DNA of 64,000 nucleotides from Candidatus Marinacidobacterales bacterium (GTDB taxonomy: Bacteria; Acidobacteriota; Vicinamibacteria; Marinacidobacterales; SMYC01), in contig OZ250169.1 of assembly GCA_965237955.1 (NCBI GenBank), positions 5,664,001-5,728,000 on the forward strand. The letters are read 5' to 3'. This document shows, piece by piece, positions 41,401 to 51,703 of the stretch. Made by a program: the position numbers and the translations under genes. The notes below the pieces were generated by a model, which was not told where the DNA came from, ran no database searches, and worked only from the letters and a program-made list of their open reading frames with translations. The number at the start of each line of letters is the position of its first letter. Positions within the stretch are counted from its first letter, which is position 1.

Positions 41401-41832
41401 ATGAAGATTGTGACCATCGAGACCGACAAGGGTGCTATCCGCTTGCAGCTTCATGAGGACAAGGCGCCCAAGACGTGCGCAAACTTCCAGAAACTCACGG
41501 GCGAAGGCTTTTACAACGGTCTCACTTTCCATCGTGTCCTCGATAATTTCATGGTCCAGACTGGGTGCCCGCAAGGAACCGGCACCGGCGGTCCGGGTTA
41601 CCAGTTCGACGACGAGTTCCACGGCGACCTCAAGCACGCCGGCCCGGGCATCTTGTCGATGGCGAACTCGGGGCCGAACACGAACGGCTCGCAGTTTTTC
41701 ATCACCCATGTGGCGACCCCTTGGCTGGACGGCAAACACTCCGTGTTCGGCCTCGTCCTCGATGGACAGGATGTGGTGAACTCGATTCGCCAAGGGGACA
41801 AAATGGTCAAAGTAACCATCTCGGAGGAGTAG
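41401..41832 (+). CDS. Cyclophilin-type peptidyl-prolyl isomerase
   Basis: [38 protein letters not shown]. Confidence 0.96.
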   Translation: MKIVTIETDKGAIRLQLHEDKAPKTCANFQKLTGEGFYNGLTFHRVLDNFMVQTGCPQGTGTGGPGYQFDDEFHGDLKHAGPGILSMANSGPNTNGSQFFITHVATPWLDGKHSVFGLVLDGQDVVNSIRQGDKMVKVTISEE

Positions 41833-41856
41833 CGAGGCGGTTCTTCACGGGTTTGA

Positions 41857-42297
41857 ATGCGTCTAGCGTTGCTGTGGGTGGGCGCTATCCTTCTCGCCGT
41901 GTCGGCATGGCCCGAGCCGGGATTCGTCGGTGCCGAACGGTGCAAGCTCTGCCATCGAGACGTCTACGAGTCGTGGCGACGCACGCCGCACGCGAGCACG
42001 GGAACCGTGGACATTGACTTCGATGCGCGCTGCAACGCGTGTCACACGACTGACGTGCGCACTCGGCGACGTGGTGTGCAGTGCGAGGCGTGTCACGGCC
42101 CCGGCCAGGACTATTGGCCGGCTGAAGTGATGATCGATCCTGACAAGGCGTCGATGGCGGGATTGGTGCAACCTACCCTGGCGGTGTGTCGCCGCTGTCA
42201 CGACACTGAGAATGTCGAGCCCGAGCACCGGCGTGACTTCGTGACACCGTCAGAAGCCGCGTGGGAAGCGTGGGTGCACATCCGGGACGAACCTTGA
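41857..42297 (+). CDS. Small periplasmic tetraheme cytochrome c (c554-like)
   Basis: Signal peptide; CKLCH, CNACH, CEACHGPG, CRRCH. Confidence 0.88.
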   Translation: MRLALLWVGAILLAVSAWPEPGFVGAERCKLCHRDVYESWRRTPHASTGTVDIDFDARCNACHTTDVRTRRRGVQCEACHGPGQDYWPAEVMIDPDKASMAGLVQPTLAVCRRCHDTENVEPEHRRDFVTPSEAAWEAWVHIRDEP

Positions 42298-43598
42298 GCC
42301 AGTCGCGCTTCGCTTACCCGGAAAAACTCGCATTCGAGTGCACCCGCTGTGGTGATTGTTGCCGTGGCTGGCAAGTCATGCTCGGAGCGGGTGAGCCCGA
42401 GCGCTTGCAGGCGCTATATTGGCGTGGACACGCTGACGCTGACGATCTTGCCGATGCGTCGGTCGTAGTGAGACATGATAAACAGGGCAACCGCTCCATC
42501 CTTGCGCGTCGGGACGACGGTGCGTGTGTCTTCCTCGGGGACGAGAACCAATGCCGCATTCACGAACACTTCGGCGGTGACGCAAAGCCGTTGATGTGCC
42601 GTTTGTTCCCGTTCGGGTTCTTTCCCGTCGGCGATCGGATTGCGGTGGATGTTTCGTTCGCGTGCCGTTCGGTGAGTGAAGGCACCGGCCGGGCGCTGAA
42701 AGTTCGTGTGCCGGAGTGGACCAAGCTCGTCAGCGACACGAATGAAGACACTCGGCATCGGTTCTCGAAAAAATACGACGTCCACGGAACGCTCTTGTGG
42801 GAGCTCGAGCACCACCTGCTCGAGCTTCTATCGAACCGGTCCCTCTCTTTCGTCGAACGCGTTCGTGCCGTCTCGGAGTTCATCCGGCTGGCGACGACGA
42901 GCGATCCGCGTACCGACGCCGCGCGCCAGCTGAGACAAGTCATGGTGTCCGGTATTCCCGCGCTCGTTCGTGAGAGGAAGAGTGGCGAGCCCCTGAACAT
43001 GATGACCGTAAGGATGGACAAGACCCAGCGGGCGATCTTTTTTCATCTCTTGTTCCTTCACCTCAATCCGACGCCCCCCGAGCTCTCCGCTGCATCCCGG
43101 AAAACGCGCCACAAAGAAGTGAAGCGTCGCGTCCAAGCGGCTGACGGGTACAAGTACCCGAAAGCGTGTCCGTGGCTCGATAACAGTGAGCTCGACGTCG
43201 ACTACCGCGCGATTGCCGCAGTCGATTCCGGCTACCTCGGAAAAGACACGGGTGCGGAGCTCATGGAGCGCTATTTCGAGGCCAAGGTCGTTGGGCAGCG
43301 ATTCATGCGGGAAGGAGAAAGGGAGCTGCCGTTCATCGAAGCCGTCCCCCGGCTCCTTTTGCTCTTCCCGATGCTCGTGTGGACGGCCAAAGCGCTCGCC
43401 GCGGCCGAAGGCGCCGGAGAAGTAGCCGAGGCCCATGCGCGCCGAGGGCTCCGCCTGCTCGATAGAAGCTTTGGCGAAGTGCGGTTGTCGGAGCTTCCCG
43501 TCAAGCAACGGAAAGCGTGGCAGTTCGTGTTGCTCGAAACCGAGCTTGCGACATGCGCGAACCTCGACATGCTCGCCGGCACGGAGAGTGGGGTGTAG
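42294..43598 (+). CDS. YkgJ-family CxxCxxCC Zn/Fe-S protein with long C-terminal domain
   Basis: FECTRCGDCC, CVFL, CRIH, KPLMCRLFPF. Confidence 0.82.
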   Translation: MSQSRFAYPEKLAFECTRCGDCCRGWQVMLGAGEPERLQALYWRGHADADDLADASVVVRHDKQGNRSILARRDDGACVFLGDENQCRIHEHFGGDAKPLMCRLFPFGFFPVGDRIAVDVSFACRSVSEGTGRALKVRVPEWTKLVSDTNEDTRHRFSKKYDVHGTLLWELEHHLLELLSNRSLSFVERVRAVSEFIRLATTSDPRTDAARQLRQVMVSGIPALVRERKSGEPLNMMTVRMDKTQRAIFFHLLFLHLNPTPPELSAASRKTRHKEVKRRVQAADGYKYPKACPWLDNSELDVDYRAIAAVDSGYLGKDTGAELMERYFEAKVVGQRFMREGERELPFIEAVPRLLLLFPMLVWTAKALAAAEGAGEVAEAHARRGLRLLDRSFGEVRLSELPVKQRKAWQFVLLETELATCANLDMLAGTESGV

Positions 43599-43601
43599 CT
43601 C

Positions 43602-44087
43602 TTGGCGTCGCTTCCGAACTGGCATCCGTTTCTCGTGCACTTTCCCATCGCGCTATACACGACCGCGTTCGTATGTGACGTGTCGCTTTTGGTTCGCTTC
43701 CGGCGCGGTTGGTTGGATCGCGCCTGTGTGTTGCTGTACGTCGGCGCCGCCCTCTCGTCTGGCGCGGCTGCGCTCAGCGGCAAGCGCGCGGCGGACGCTA
43801 TGGCCGATAGCCTCGCGCCGGTTGTCAACGAAGCGGTGGCACTTCACGGCGAGTTGGCGTTTTTCTCTGTGGTTTTGTTGTTTGTCGTGGCCGCGATGCG
43901 ATTCGACACGACGTGGCGCGACCGACGCGCGGCCAATCCGAAGTTGCACCGAATGCGGTGGTTAACGGTCGCCTTGTCCATGATCGCTCTCGGGGTCGTG
44001 GTGAACACGGCCGTTCGGGGTGGAGAGCTCGTTTATCGTTACCGGGTTGCGGTCCAAGACCGTGGGATAATTCCAGAGCGGAGGTAA
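43602..44087 (+). CDS. DUF2231 membrane protein
   Basis: HPFLVHFPIAL...H...GGELVY. Confidence 0.8.
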   Translation: MASLPNWHPFLVHFPIALYTTAFVCDVSLLVRFRRGWLDRACVLLYVGAALSSGAAALSGKRAADAMADSLAPVVNEAVALHGELAFFSVVLLFVVAAMRFDTTWRDRRAANPKLHRMRWLTVALSMIALGVVVNTAVRGGELVYRYRVAVQDRGIIPERR

Positions 44088-44093
44088 CTACAG

Positions 44094-45209
44094 GTGGGGC
44101 GTGCAACGGAAGAGGGGACTGCCGCGTTTGCAGCGGCCGCCATCAAACGCGACATGGCTTCCGAGCACTTTCGTGAGGCGGAAGGTTTGAAGCTATCGAC
44201 GATCGGATTCGGCACCTATCTCGGTGACAACGATGACGCCACCGACGACGCGTATCGAACGGCGATCGTCGAAGCGGTCTCGATGGGTTGCAACGTTCTC
44301 GATTCCGCGAGCAATTATCGCTGTCAGAGAAGCGAGCGCACGGTGGGCGCGGCGCTCCGCGAGCTGGAACGTGACGGTTACGAGCGCGAGCAGCTCGTCG
44401 TCGCGACCAAAGGCGGCTACATCCCTTTCGACGACGCGCCGCCTTCCGATCCTGGAGCGTACGTTCGGGAACGCTTCGTCGATCGTTCGGTTTTTACCCT
44501 CGAGGATATCGCCGGAGGTAGCCACGTGCTCGCGCCGTCGTTTCTTCGGGATCAACTCGAGCAAAGCCTCGAGAACCTCGGCGTCGATTCGATCGACATC
44601 TATTACCTGCACAACCCGGAGGCGCAACTCCTGTCAGTGGACCGTGAGATGTTCGAGGCGCGACTCCTTGCCGCGTTCGAGCTCCTCGAAGAAGCGGTGA
44701 GCGAAGGGAAAATCGGGTGCTACGGCACCGCGACGTGGAACGCCTACCGGGTCGCCTCCGACGCGAAAGACTACGTCTCCCTCGCTGATGTCCTCGCTCT
44801 CGCACGTGACGTGGCTGGAGACGGACACCACTTCCGCTTCGTGCAGGTGCCTTACAACTTGGCGATGACCGAGAGCTTCACGACACAGAGCCAGAGTGTC
44901 GACGGCGAGGACCTGTCGCTCTGTCAGGCGGCCGACTCCCTCGGTGTGTATCTCGTGTCCTCCGCGAGTCTCGCTCAAGGTCGTCTTACCAACGGCTTGC
45001 CCGACTGGCTAGGAACGCTCTTCAAAGGCTTCGACACGGATGCGCAGCGCTCGCTTCAGTTCGTCCGCTCGACCCCGGGCTTCGTCAGCGCCCTCGTGGG
45101 AATGAGGTCGGTAGCCCACGTCCGCGAAAACCTCGCAGTTGGAAGAGTTGCGCCCGCTCCCATGGAAGATTTCCTGAAACTCTTCGAAGTCGATTCGTCT
45201 CAAGGTTGA
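44094..45209 (+). CDS. Aldo/keto reductase
   Basis: IGFGTYLG, DSASNY, ATKGG, DIYYLHNPE, QVPYN. Confidence 0.92.
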   Translation: MGRATEEGTAAFAAAAIKRDMASEHFREAEGLKLSTIGFGTYLGDNDDATDDAYRTAIVEAVSMGCNVLDSASNYRCQRSERTVGAALRELERDGYEREQLVVATKGGYIPFDDAPPSDPGAYVRERFVDRSVFTLEDIAGGSHVLAPSFLRDQLEQSLENLGVDSIDIYYLHNPEAQLLSVDREMFEARLLAAFELLEEAVSEGKIGCYGTATWNAYRVASDAKDYVSLADVLALARDVAGDGHHFRFVQVPYNLAMTESFTTQSQSVDGEDLSLCQAADSLGVYLVSSASLAQGRLTNGLPDWLGTLFKGFDTDAQRSLQFVRSTPGFVSALVGMRSVAHVRENLAVGRVAPAPMEDFLKLFEVDSSQG

Positions 45210-45487
45210 CCGATTGGACCCTGTGAAAACAAGATTTTGCGAAATGTAAATGAAAATGTGCGCTATATCACCGTTTTTCACCTGCATTTAGAGGTATTTA
45301 TTCTCCTCGTGGTGAGGGTAGAGTCCCCAACCCAAAACCAAGGTGTGCGGAAGTTACTCTACCCCCGACCCCCAACCAGGGGTTAGTGGAGACAACGCAT
45401 CCCCCCAGCTCTGCTCTCACCACATACCCACCCAGAGCGACACAGGCGCTCGAAAACGAACACAGCCCAGCTGAGTCGTAACCCACG

Positions 45488-45718
45488 TCTCTTAACGCAA
45501 AGACGCCAAGCAACGCTGAATGCGGCTCTTGGCGCCTTCCGACGCCCACTTGGGCTACGCGCTCCCGTTTCGACAGGATCGCAGGAATCTGAGGAACTGA
45601 GAACGAGAACAGAGGGCGCCGAGGATGACGCCGGACAGAAAGACGCCGCGCCGAAGGCGCTCACTTGCGCCTTTGCGACCCTGCGCCTTTGCGTTGAGTT
45701 TTTCTTCGCCGGAGAACA
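45488..45718. repeat. Dispersed palindromic intergenic element, copy 2
   Basis: aacgcaaagacgccaag...gaatgcgg...ttgggctacgc...gcgccgaaggcgctc...gcctttgcgttgagtttttcttc is shared with 22806-23008. Confidence 0.75.
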
Positions 45719-45768
45719 AGCTTTTTCTTGGTCAGTAGTACACGGTCTCGCCAGTCGACCGAAGCCTC

Positions 45769-47289
45769 CTAGCTCTTGGTTTCGAGCCGAGGCCAGAGCG
45801 GAGGGCCTTTTTCGCATCGAAGCTCACCGGCCGCACCCCACGGTGCATCGATGGCGAGACGCGCGCTGGTTGCGTCTTTGGGGAACCCGAGACGCCGCAA
45901 GATCTCCTTCGACGAGCCAGGCATCACCGGAAGTAAGAGCAGTGCGGCGATGCGCGTCGCTTCGGCGGTGTCGTAGAGTACCTGCGCCAAGCGCTCACTC
46001 GCGGACGGATCTTTCGCGAGTGCCCACGGCTCCGATTCGGTGATGAACTCGTTCACCGCGTCGATGAGGCCGAACGCCGCTGCCGCGCCGTCGTGAAGCG
46101 CCAACGCCTCCATCGCGTCGACGTAGCGCGACATGGAAGATTCGGCGATGGCGCGCAGCGGGCCCGACGCCGACGGCGGAGCGAGTCGAGCGTCGAGATA
46201 CTTCTCCGCCATGGTGGTGATGCGGCTCACGAGGTTGCCAAGGTTGTTCGCGAGGTCGGCGTTATAGCGAGTTTTGAATCTCTCCCACGAGAAATCGCCG
46301 TCTTGTCCATAGACGATCTCGCGGGTAACGTAGACGCGCAACGGATCGGGGCCGAAGCGCTCGGCCGCATCGAGAGGGTCGACGACGGCTCCGAGGCTTT
46401 TACTCATCTTCTCGCCTTTGAAGGTGACGAACCCGTGGCCGAACACTTGGCCCGGAAGTGGTACGCCTGCGCTCATGAGCATCGCCGGCCAGTAGATGCA
46501 GTGAAAACGGGTGATGTCCTTGCCGATGATGTGAAGGTCTGCCGGCCACCACTTGTCGACGAGATTATCGTCCTGTCCGAATCCGAGCGCTGAGATGTAA
46601 TTGATGAGCGCGTCCACCCATACGTAGACCACACTATCGGGATCGAACGGAACCGGGATGCCCCACTTCTGACTCTCGCGGCTAATCGAAAGGTCTTCGA
46701 GGCCGGACTCGATCACGTTGAGAATCTCGTTCCGGCGAATCTCGGGAACGAGAAACTCGGGATGAGCGTGATAGTGATCGAGAAGCGGCTTTTGGTATTT
46801 CGAGAGCTTGAAGAAGTGGTTGCGCTCCTCGAGCCATTCGGGCTTGGTGTGATGGAGCGGGCAGTTGCCGTCGACGAGATCCTTCTCGAGCTTGAAGCCC
46901 TCGCACGAGTTGCAGTACCAGCCATCGTAGCTGCTCTCGAACACGTCACCGGCATCGTAGATGCGCTGGATGAGTGCTTGCACCGATGTTTCGTGCCGCG
47001 GCTCCGTCGTCCGGATGAAGTCGTCGAACGAGATGTCGAGCTTGGCCCAAACGTCCTTGAACTCGGCCTCCATCGTGTCGCAATACGCCTGCGGCTCGAC
47101 GCCTAGCTCTTGGGCTTTCTTGAACACGTTGAGTGAGTGCTCGTCGTTGCCCATCACGAAATGGGTGTCGTAACCGTTCAGTCGCTTGAACCTAGCGATG
47201 ACGTCGGCGGTGATCTTCTCGTACGCCGTCCCCAGGTGTGGGCGGCTGTTGACGTAGTCGATGGCAGTGGTGAGATAGAACTTGGGCAT
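45769..47289 (-). CDS. metG: Methionyl-tRNA synthetase (short form, no C-terminal tRNA-binding domain)
   Basis: FYLTTAIDYVN..PHLGT, GNDEH, CNSCE...CPLH knuckle, YVWVDALINY, IGKDI, KMSKS. Confidence 0.96.
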   Translation of the reverse strand: MPKFYLTTAIDYVNSRPHLGTAYEKITADVIARFKRLNGYDTHFVMGNDEHSLNVFKKAQELGVEPQAYCDTMEAEFKDVWAKLDISFDDFIRTTEPRHETSVQALIQRIYDAGDVFESSYDGWYCNSCEGFKLEKDLVDGNCPLHHTKPEWLEERNHFFKLSKYQKPLLDHYHAHPEFLVPEIRRNEILNVIESGLEDLSISRESQKWGIPVPFDPDSVVYVWVDALINYISALGFGQDDNLVDKWWPADLHIIGKDITRFHCIYWPAMLMSAGVPLPGQVFGHGFVTFKGEKMSKSLGAVVDPLDAAERFGPDPLRVYVTREIVYGQDGDFSWERFKTRYNADLANNLGNLVSRITTMAEKYLDARLAPPSASGPLRAIAESSMSRYVDAMEALALHDGAAAAFGLIDAVNEFITESEPWALAKDPSASERLAQVLYDTAEATRIAALLLLPVMPGSSKEILRRLGFPKDATSARLAIDAPWGAAGELRCEKGPPLWPRLETKS

Positions 47290-47371
47290 CCTTTTCAGCA
47301 TTTTAGCAGAACGATTGGGTTTGACACCGCTCGGGTGGGCCTTTAATGTCCCTTCGACATTGGAGTCACAC

Positions 47372-48961
47372 ATGAACGCATGGAAAACTTGGGTAGGCAC
47401 GATATCGACGAGCCTCGTCCTCGTCATTCTCGTCGGGGCGGCGTTCGCATCGGAATGGCCGAAGGGGCCCGATGGGTTCGTGATTACCGGGGCTCGTATC
47501 GTCACCGGAACCGGGGAGGTCATCGAAGACGGGACTATCGTCATGGCTGACGGACTCATCGTGGCAATAGGAACCTCGGGCGGGGCCCAGGCGGGGACGT
47601 CCGACGTTCCCGCGGGCGCATGGGTCATCGACGGCACCGGTAAGACCGTTTATCTCTCGGCTGCGGACGAGCTGACCCTCGCCGACGAGCGGATGGAGAA
47701 ATGGCGAAGCTCCGCTTTCACGTCGACGTTGACTCGTGGGGCTTCGGCTCAGGAACCGCCGCAGAGTCATGAACAAGATCGAGCACGGCAGTTGCATGAG
47801 GAAGTGCCGCTCATTGATGGGCATAACGATCTTCCGTGGCAGTACCGTAAGGAAGTGAACCGGCGCATGTCGGAGTTGGATATCGCCGAGAGTCAGGCCG
47901 GCCTCCATACGGATATCGCTCGTTTGCGCGAAGGCGGCGTCGGAGCCCAGTTTTGGTCCGTGTGCGTTCCGGCGAGCCTCGAGGGAGCGGACGCGGTACG
48001 AGCGACGATCGAGCAAATCGATGTCGTCTACGAGCTTACCCGCCGGTATCCGGATACGTTCGAGACGGCGTTCACCGCTGACGACGTCGAGCGCGTGTTC
48101 GCCTCCGGCAAGATCGCGTCCATGATTGGGATGGAAGGCGGCCATTCGATCGATAGCTCGCTTGCGACGCTGCGCATGTTCTATCGACTCGGTGCCCGTT
48201 ACATGACCGTGACCCACTCTCGTAGCACTCCTTGGGCGGACTCGGCGACCGGCAAAGCGAGCTCGAGTGGACTTTCGGAGTTCGGAAGCGAAGTGGTCCG
48301 CGAGATGAACTGGCTCGGAATGCTCGTCGATTTGTCGCATGTGTCACCGGCGACGATGCACGACACCCTCGATGTGGTCCAAGCACCGGTGATATTCAGC
48401 CACTCGTCGGCGAAGGCGCTCAGCAATCACGCGCGGAACGTTCCCGACGACGTGTTGCGGCGATTACCCGAAAACGGTGGTGTCGTCATGGTGAGCTTCG
48501 TGCCGCAGTTCACGTCGCAAGACGTGAAGGACCACGGCGAGAGCCGCAACGCCGAGCGCGACCGTCTGGAGGGGCTCGCCGGTTCGACTGATGCGAATGA
48601 CGCGAGCGTCCGGGACGGTCTGGCTGGGTGGGATCGGCAAAACCCGGCGCCGAAAGCGACGCTATCGCAGGTGGCGGACCACATCGATCATATCCGCGAC
48701 GTCGCCGGCGTCGACCACATCGGACTCGGTTCGGACTTCGACGGCATCTCCACGGTGCCGCAAGGCCTCGAAGATGTCTCCACGTTCATCGACTTGACCC
48801 GGGAGCTCCTCGCGCGCGGCTACAGCGACGAGGACATTCGTAAGATTCTCGGAAAGAACCTGCTACGAGTGATGCGCTCCGCCGAACAAACCGCGGCGCG
48901 CTTGCACGAGGAACGAGGTCCTTCCGAAGCCATCTTCCCCGGCCGCACAGGTTGGAATTGA
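47372..48961 (+). CDS. M19 membrane dipeptidase with N-terminal amidohydrolase-like fragment
   Basis: LIDGHNDLP, GMEGGH, VDLSHVS, FSHS, RNVPD, GLGSDFDG. Confidence 0.88.
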   Translation: MNAWKTWVGTISTSLVLVILVGAAFASEWPKGPDGFVITGARIVTGTGEVIEDGTIVMADGLIVAIGTSGGAQAGTSDVPAGAWVIDGTGKTVYLSAADELTLADERMEKWRSSAFTSTLTRGASAQEPPQSHEQDRARQLHEEVPLIDGHNDLPWQYRKEVNRRMSELDIAESQAGLHTDIARLREGGVGAQFWSVCVPASLEGADAVRATIEQIDVVYELTRRYPDTFETAFTADDVERVFASGKIASMIGMEGGHSIDSSLATLRMFYRLGARYMTVTHSRSTPWADSATGKASSSGLSEFGSEVVREMNWLGMLVDLSHVSPATMHDTLDVVQAPVIFSHSSAKALSNHARNVPDDVLRRLPENGGVVMVSFVPQFTSQDVKDHGESRNAERDRLEGLAGSTDANDASVRDGLAGWDRQNPAPKATLSQVADHIDHIRDVAGVDHIGLGSDFDGISTVPQGLEDVSTFIDLTRELLARGYSDEDIRKILGKNLLRVMRSAEQTAARLHEERGPSEAIFPGRTGWN

Positions 48962-49099
48962 TCCTTTTTCACCGCAGAGGCGCAAAGAGCGCAGAGGCAA
49001 CGCAGAGAAAAACAAAGCAGGGACGCTGAAAGGCGACGGTGTAGGGCGAACGGCACGAAGTGCTAGTCGGCGCCCTAACGTTCCGCCCGTTTTTTTCTC

Positions 49100-49319
49100 T
49101 GCGAGTCCTCTCGAGGTCGCTCAATAAGGGCATCGGGGCGAATAGACCCTGCTTGAGGTAGCGCTTTCCGTCCGGAAACTGGACGGCCGGGAGCATATAG
49201 AACAAGGTCTGGAACGGGTCCTTCGCTGGGACGCGATACATGAGAGCCGGCTGTGCATTCAGTCGGGCAGCCTCCGCGTTCGATACTTCAGCCATCAAGA
49301 CAGTCAATCCCAAGAGGTT
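49100..49319 (-). pseudogene. Internal fragment resembling an FAD-dependent oxidoreductase
   Basis: YMLPAVQFPDGKRYLK resembles, from recall, a motif of sarcosine-oxidase-like proteins; no clear start or end. Confidence 0.3.
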
Positions 49320-49937
49320 CATCCCGAAATTGAATGGGACTTTCGCCTGGAGCAGGTGAGGACGATCAATGCTTCGGGGCACAAGTATGGTCTGGTCTAT
49401 CCGGGGATCGGCTGGGCGATCTGGCGAGACGAGGCGGATATTCCCCAGAGTCTGGTTACGGAGACGAACGTGTTGGGTTTTATCGAAAGATCGTTCAGTC
49501 TCAACTTCTCACGCGGCGGCGCGATGATTCTGGCCCAGTACTACAACTTCATCCGTCTTGGGCGGGAAGGGTATACGAGAATTCAGAACGCGATGCGCGA
49601 AAACGCGCGATATCTTGCCAAAGGCATTACGGAAATCGGCAAGTTCGACATCCTCAACGGAGGTGAACTCACTCCGAGCTGTATTAGCAAACTTAAGGAT
49701 GAGAGCAAATACAATGCGGCGGATTTAGTCGCGGTGCTCGCTCAAAGAGGTTGGACTATTCCTGCCTTCAGTTTGCCGCCCGCGGCCGACCATGTGAACG
49801 TTCTGCGAATGAACGTCAGAGAGCAGTTCAGCCGCGACATGGCGGACATTCTGATCGGGGACATCAAGCAAGCGATCGACAAACTCGAAGCAACTCACAG
49901 CGAACCGCATGGCACGGTGGGCACGCACCACCACTAA
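49320..49937 (+). pseudogene. gadB: Glutamate decarboxylase, C-terminal fragment
   Basis: HPEIEWDFRLEQVRTINASGHKYGLVYPGIGW (PLP lysine), LNFSRG, QYYNFIRLGREGY; N-terminal half missing. Confidence 0.88.
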
Positions 49938-51382
49938 CTGGTTACGTTCGCTCACGTGCGCGGCCGTTAAGGTTTGAAAGATAAATCAGGGAGATGTCCC
50001 GGCCGCTGTTGAATTTGGTCGGGTAGCGGCGGCACCTGTGAATACTCTTAGGCAGCAACCTCATCGCTGTCAAGAGATTTCTGTTTGCTTCTAAGCGCGT
50101 GAACGAGAGCGCCCATATGGCGATAGCCTTTGATACGGTGAAACTTTTTCTCCGCCGTGACGACGCCGAGAGCGGTCCATCGGCGAATCATGGAAGGACT
50201 CTTCCACCGCTTGACGTTTCTCGAGACTCTGCGGATGGTGCCGTTGAGATTCTCGATGGCGTTTGTCGTGGCCAGAGATTTGCGAAGTAACTCGGGTAGA
50301 GCGAGCTTCACAACCGTGAGGGTCTCTTCCATCCCTTCGCGAAGGCTTCCGGCAGCTTCGTCGTAGCCGTTTCGCTCGAGCCACGACACCAATGCCTGAA
50401 GTCGCTTGCGCGCCTTGTCGGCACTCTTGCATTTGTACGCTTCCTTCATTGTCTGGAGCACGTAGGCGTGACGGGACTTGGGAAGGTACGAGCGTAGATT
50501 TCGTAGTTTGTGGAGCTGGCATCTTTGGATAACCGCGAGATCCCCAAAAACGTCGACGAGTGCTTTGCGGATCCCTTTGCCTCCGTCCACTACGCAGAGA
50601 ATCGATTCGTCGATCCGCAATCCCCGCTCGAGAAGGTTCTGCAACATCGCGGTGCACACCGAGTTTTCCGTCGAGCCCAGCCATATACCCAAGGGCACCT
50701 TCGTTCCATCTATTGTGATACCGAGAGTTACGACGACGGTCTGTCCGGCCACCTCAAGGCCATCCAGCATCAGTGCCGCAAGCTCGAACTCCTCTAGCCG
50801 CCGAGACAGGTATTCCTCGAGCTTCTTAGTCGTCTGGCTCACGAGGTGACGGCTGGCGGCACTCTTGCTCGTGCCACGAGACTTCAACTTCGCCGAGGGT
50901 TTGTCCAGACTCGATTCGTAATTTCGGGTCGATACCCCCACCAAGATCTGGTTCAGCACTCGCTCCGGAAGCGGGTCTTCTTCGCGGAAGGCTTCGAAGT
51001 GTGGAAGCGACGCCTCCTCGCCCGACTTCGAACGAACTCGAGGTCGCGACACTTGGATTCGACGACCGCCGAAGCTCAGCTCCCCATCCGTGCTCCCCCA
51101 GTGGTTATGAGTTCGCTCCTTCTCGTGCTTGCCCTTCGGCCCCGCGATCTTCTCCGCGTCCTCTCTCAGGAGTAGGTGCAATGCGGTCAGTCCTTGCTCG
51201 TACACCCATTCCGTCAGGTCCGCCTTCGTGGCCGCGATCCCAGCTATCATCGGTAGCAGTATCTGACCGACTTGGCCAACTACCTTGCCCGTAGGCGAGT
51301 GCGTTTGCTTTCTTACTGGCTTCTTTGATTTCTGAACCGCCCCGGGTTTTCCGGAGACTCCAACTCTTGAGAGGATGGAGTC

Positions 51383-51703
51383 ATGACAAGACGAAGCAGG
51401 TATTCACCGGAGGTAAAAGAGCGCGCAGTGCGGATGGTTTTCGACCAGCAGGCTCAGCACGAATCTCAGTGGTCAGCGATCTCATCGATTGCGTCGAAGA
51501 TTGACTGTACGCGGGAAACGCTACGCACGTGGGTGCGGCGAGCAGAGCGTGATGCTGGGAAACGAGCGGGACTGACGACGGACGAGCGTCAGCGGCTGAA
51601 GGAGCTTGAGCGAGAGAACCGTGAGCTAAAGCGGGCGAACGAGATCCTTCGCAAGGCGTCGGCGTTTTTCGCCCAGGCGGAGCTCGACCGCCGACCGAGG
51701 TGA
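51383..51703 (+). CDS. IS3 type B OrfA
   Basis: [14 protein letters not shown]...[23 protein letters not shown]. Confidence 0.93.
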   Translation: MTRRSRYSPEVKERAVRMVFDQQAQHESQWSAISSIASKIDCTRETLRTWVRRAERDAGKRAGLTTDERQRLKELERENRELKRANEILRKASAFFAQAELDRRPR

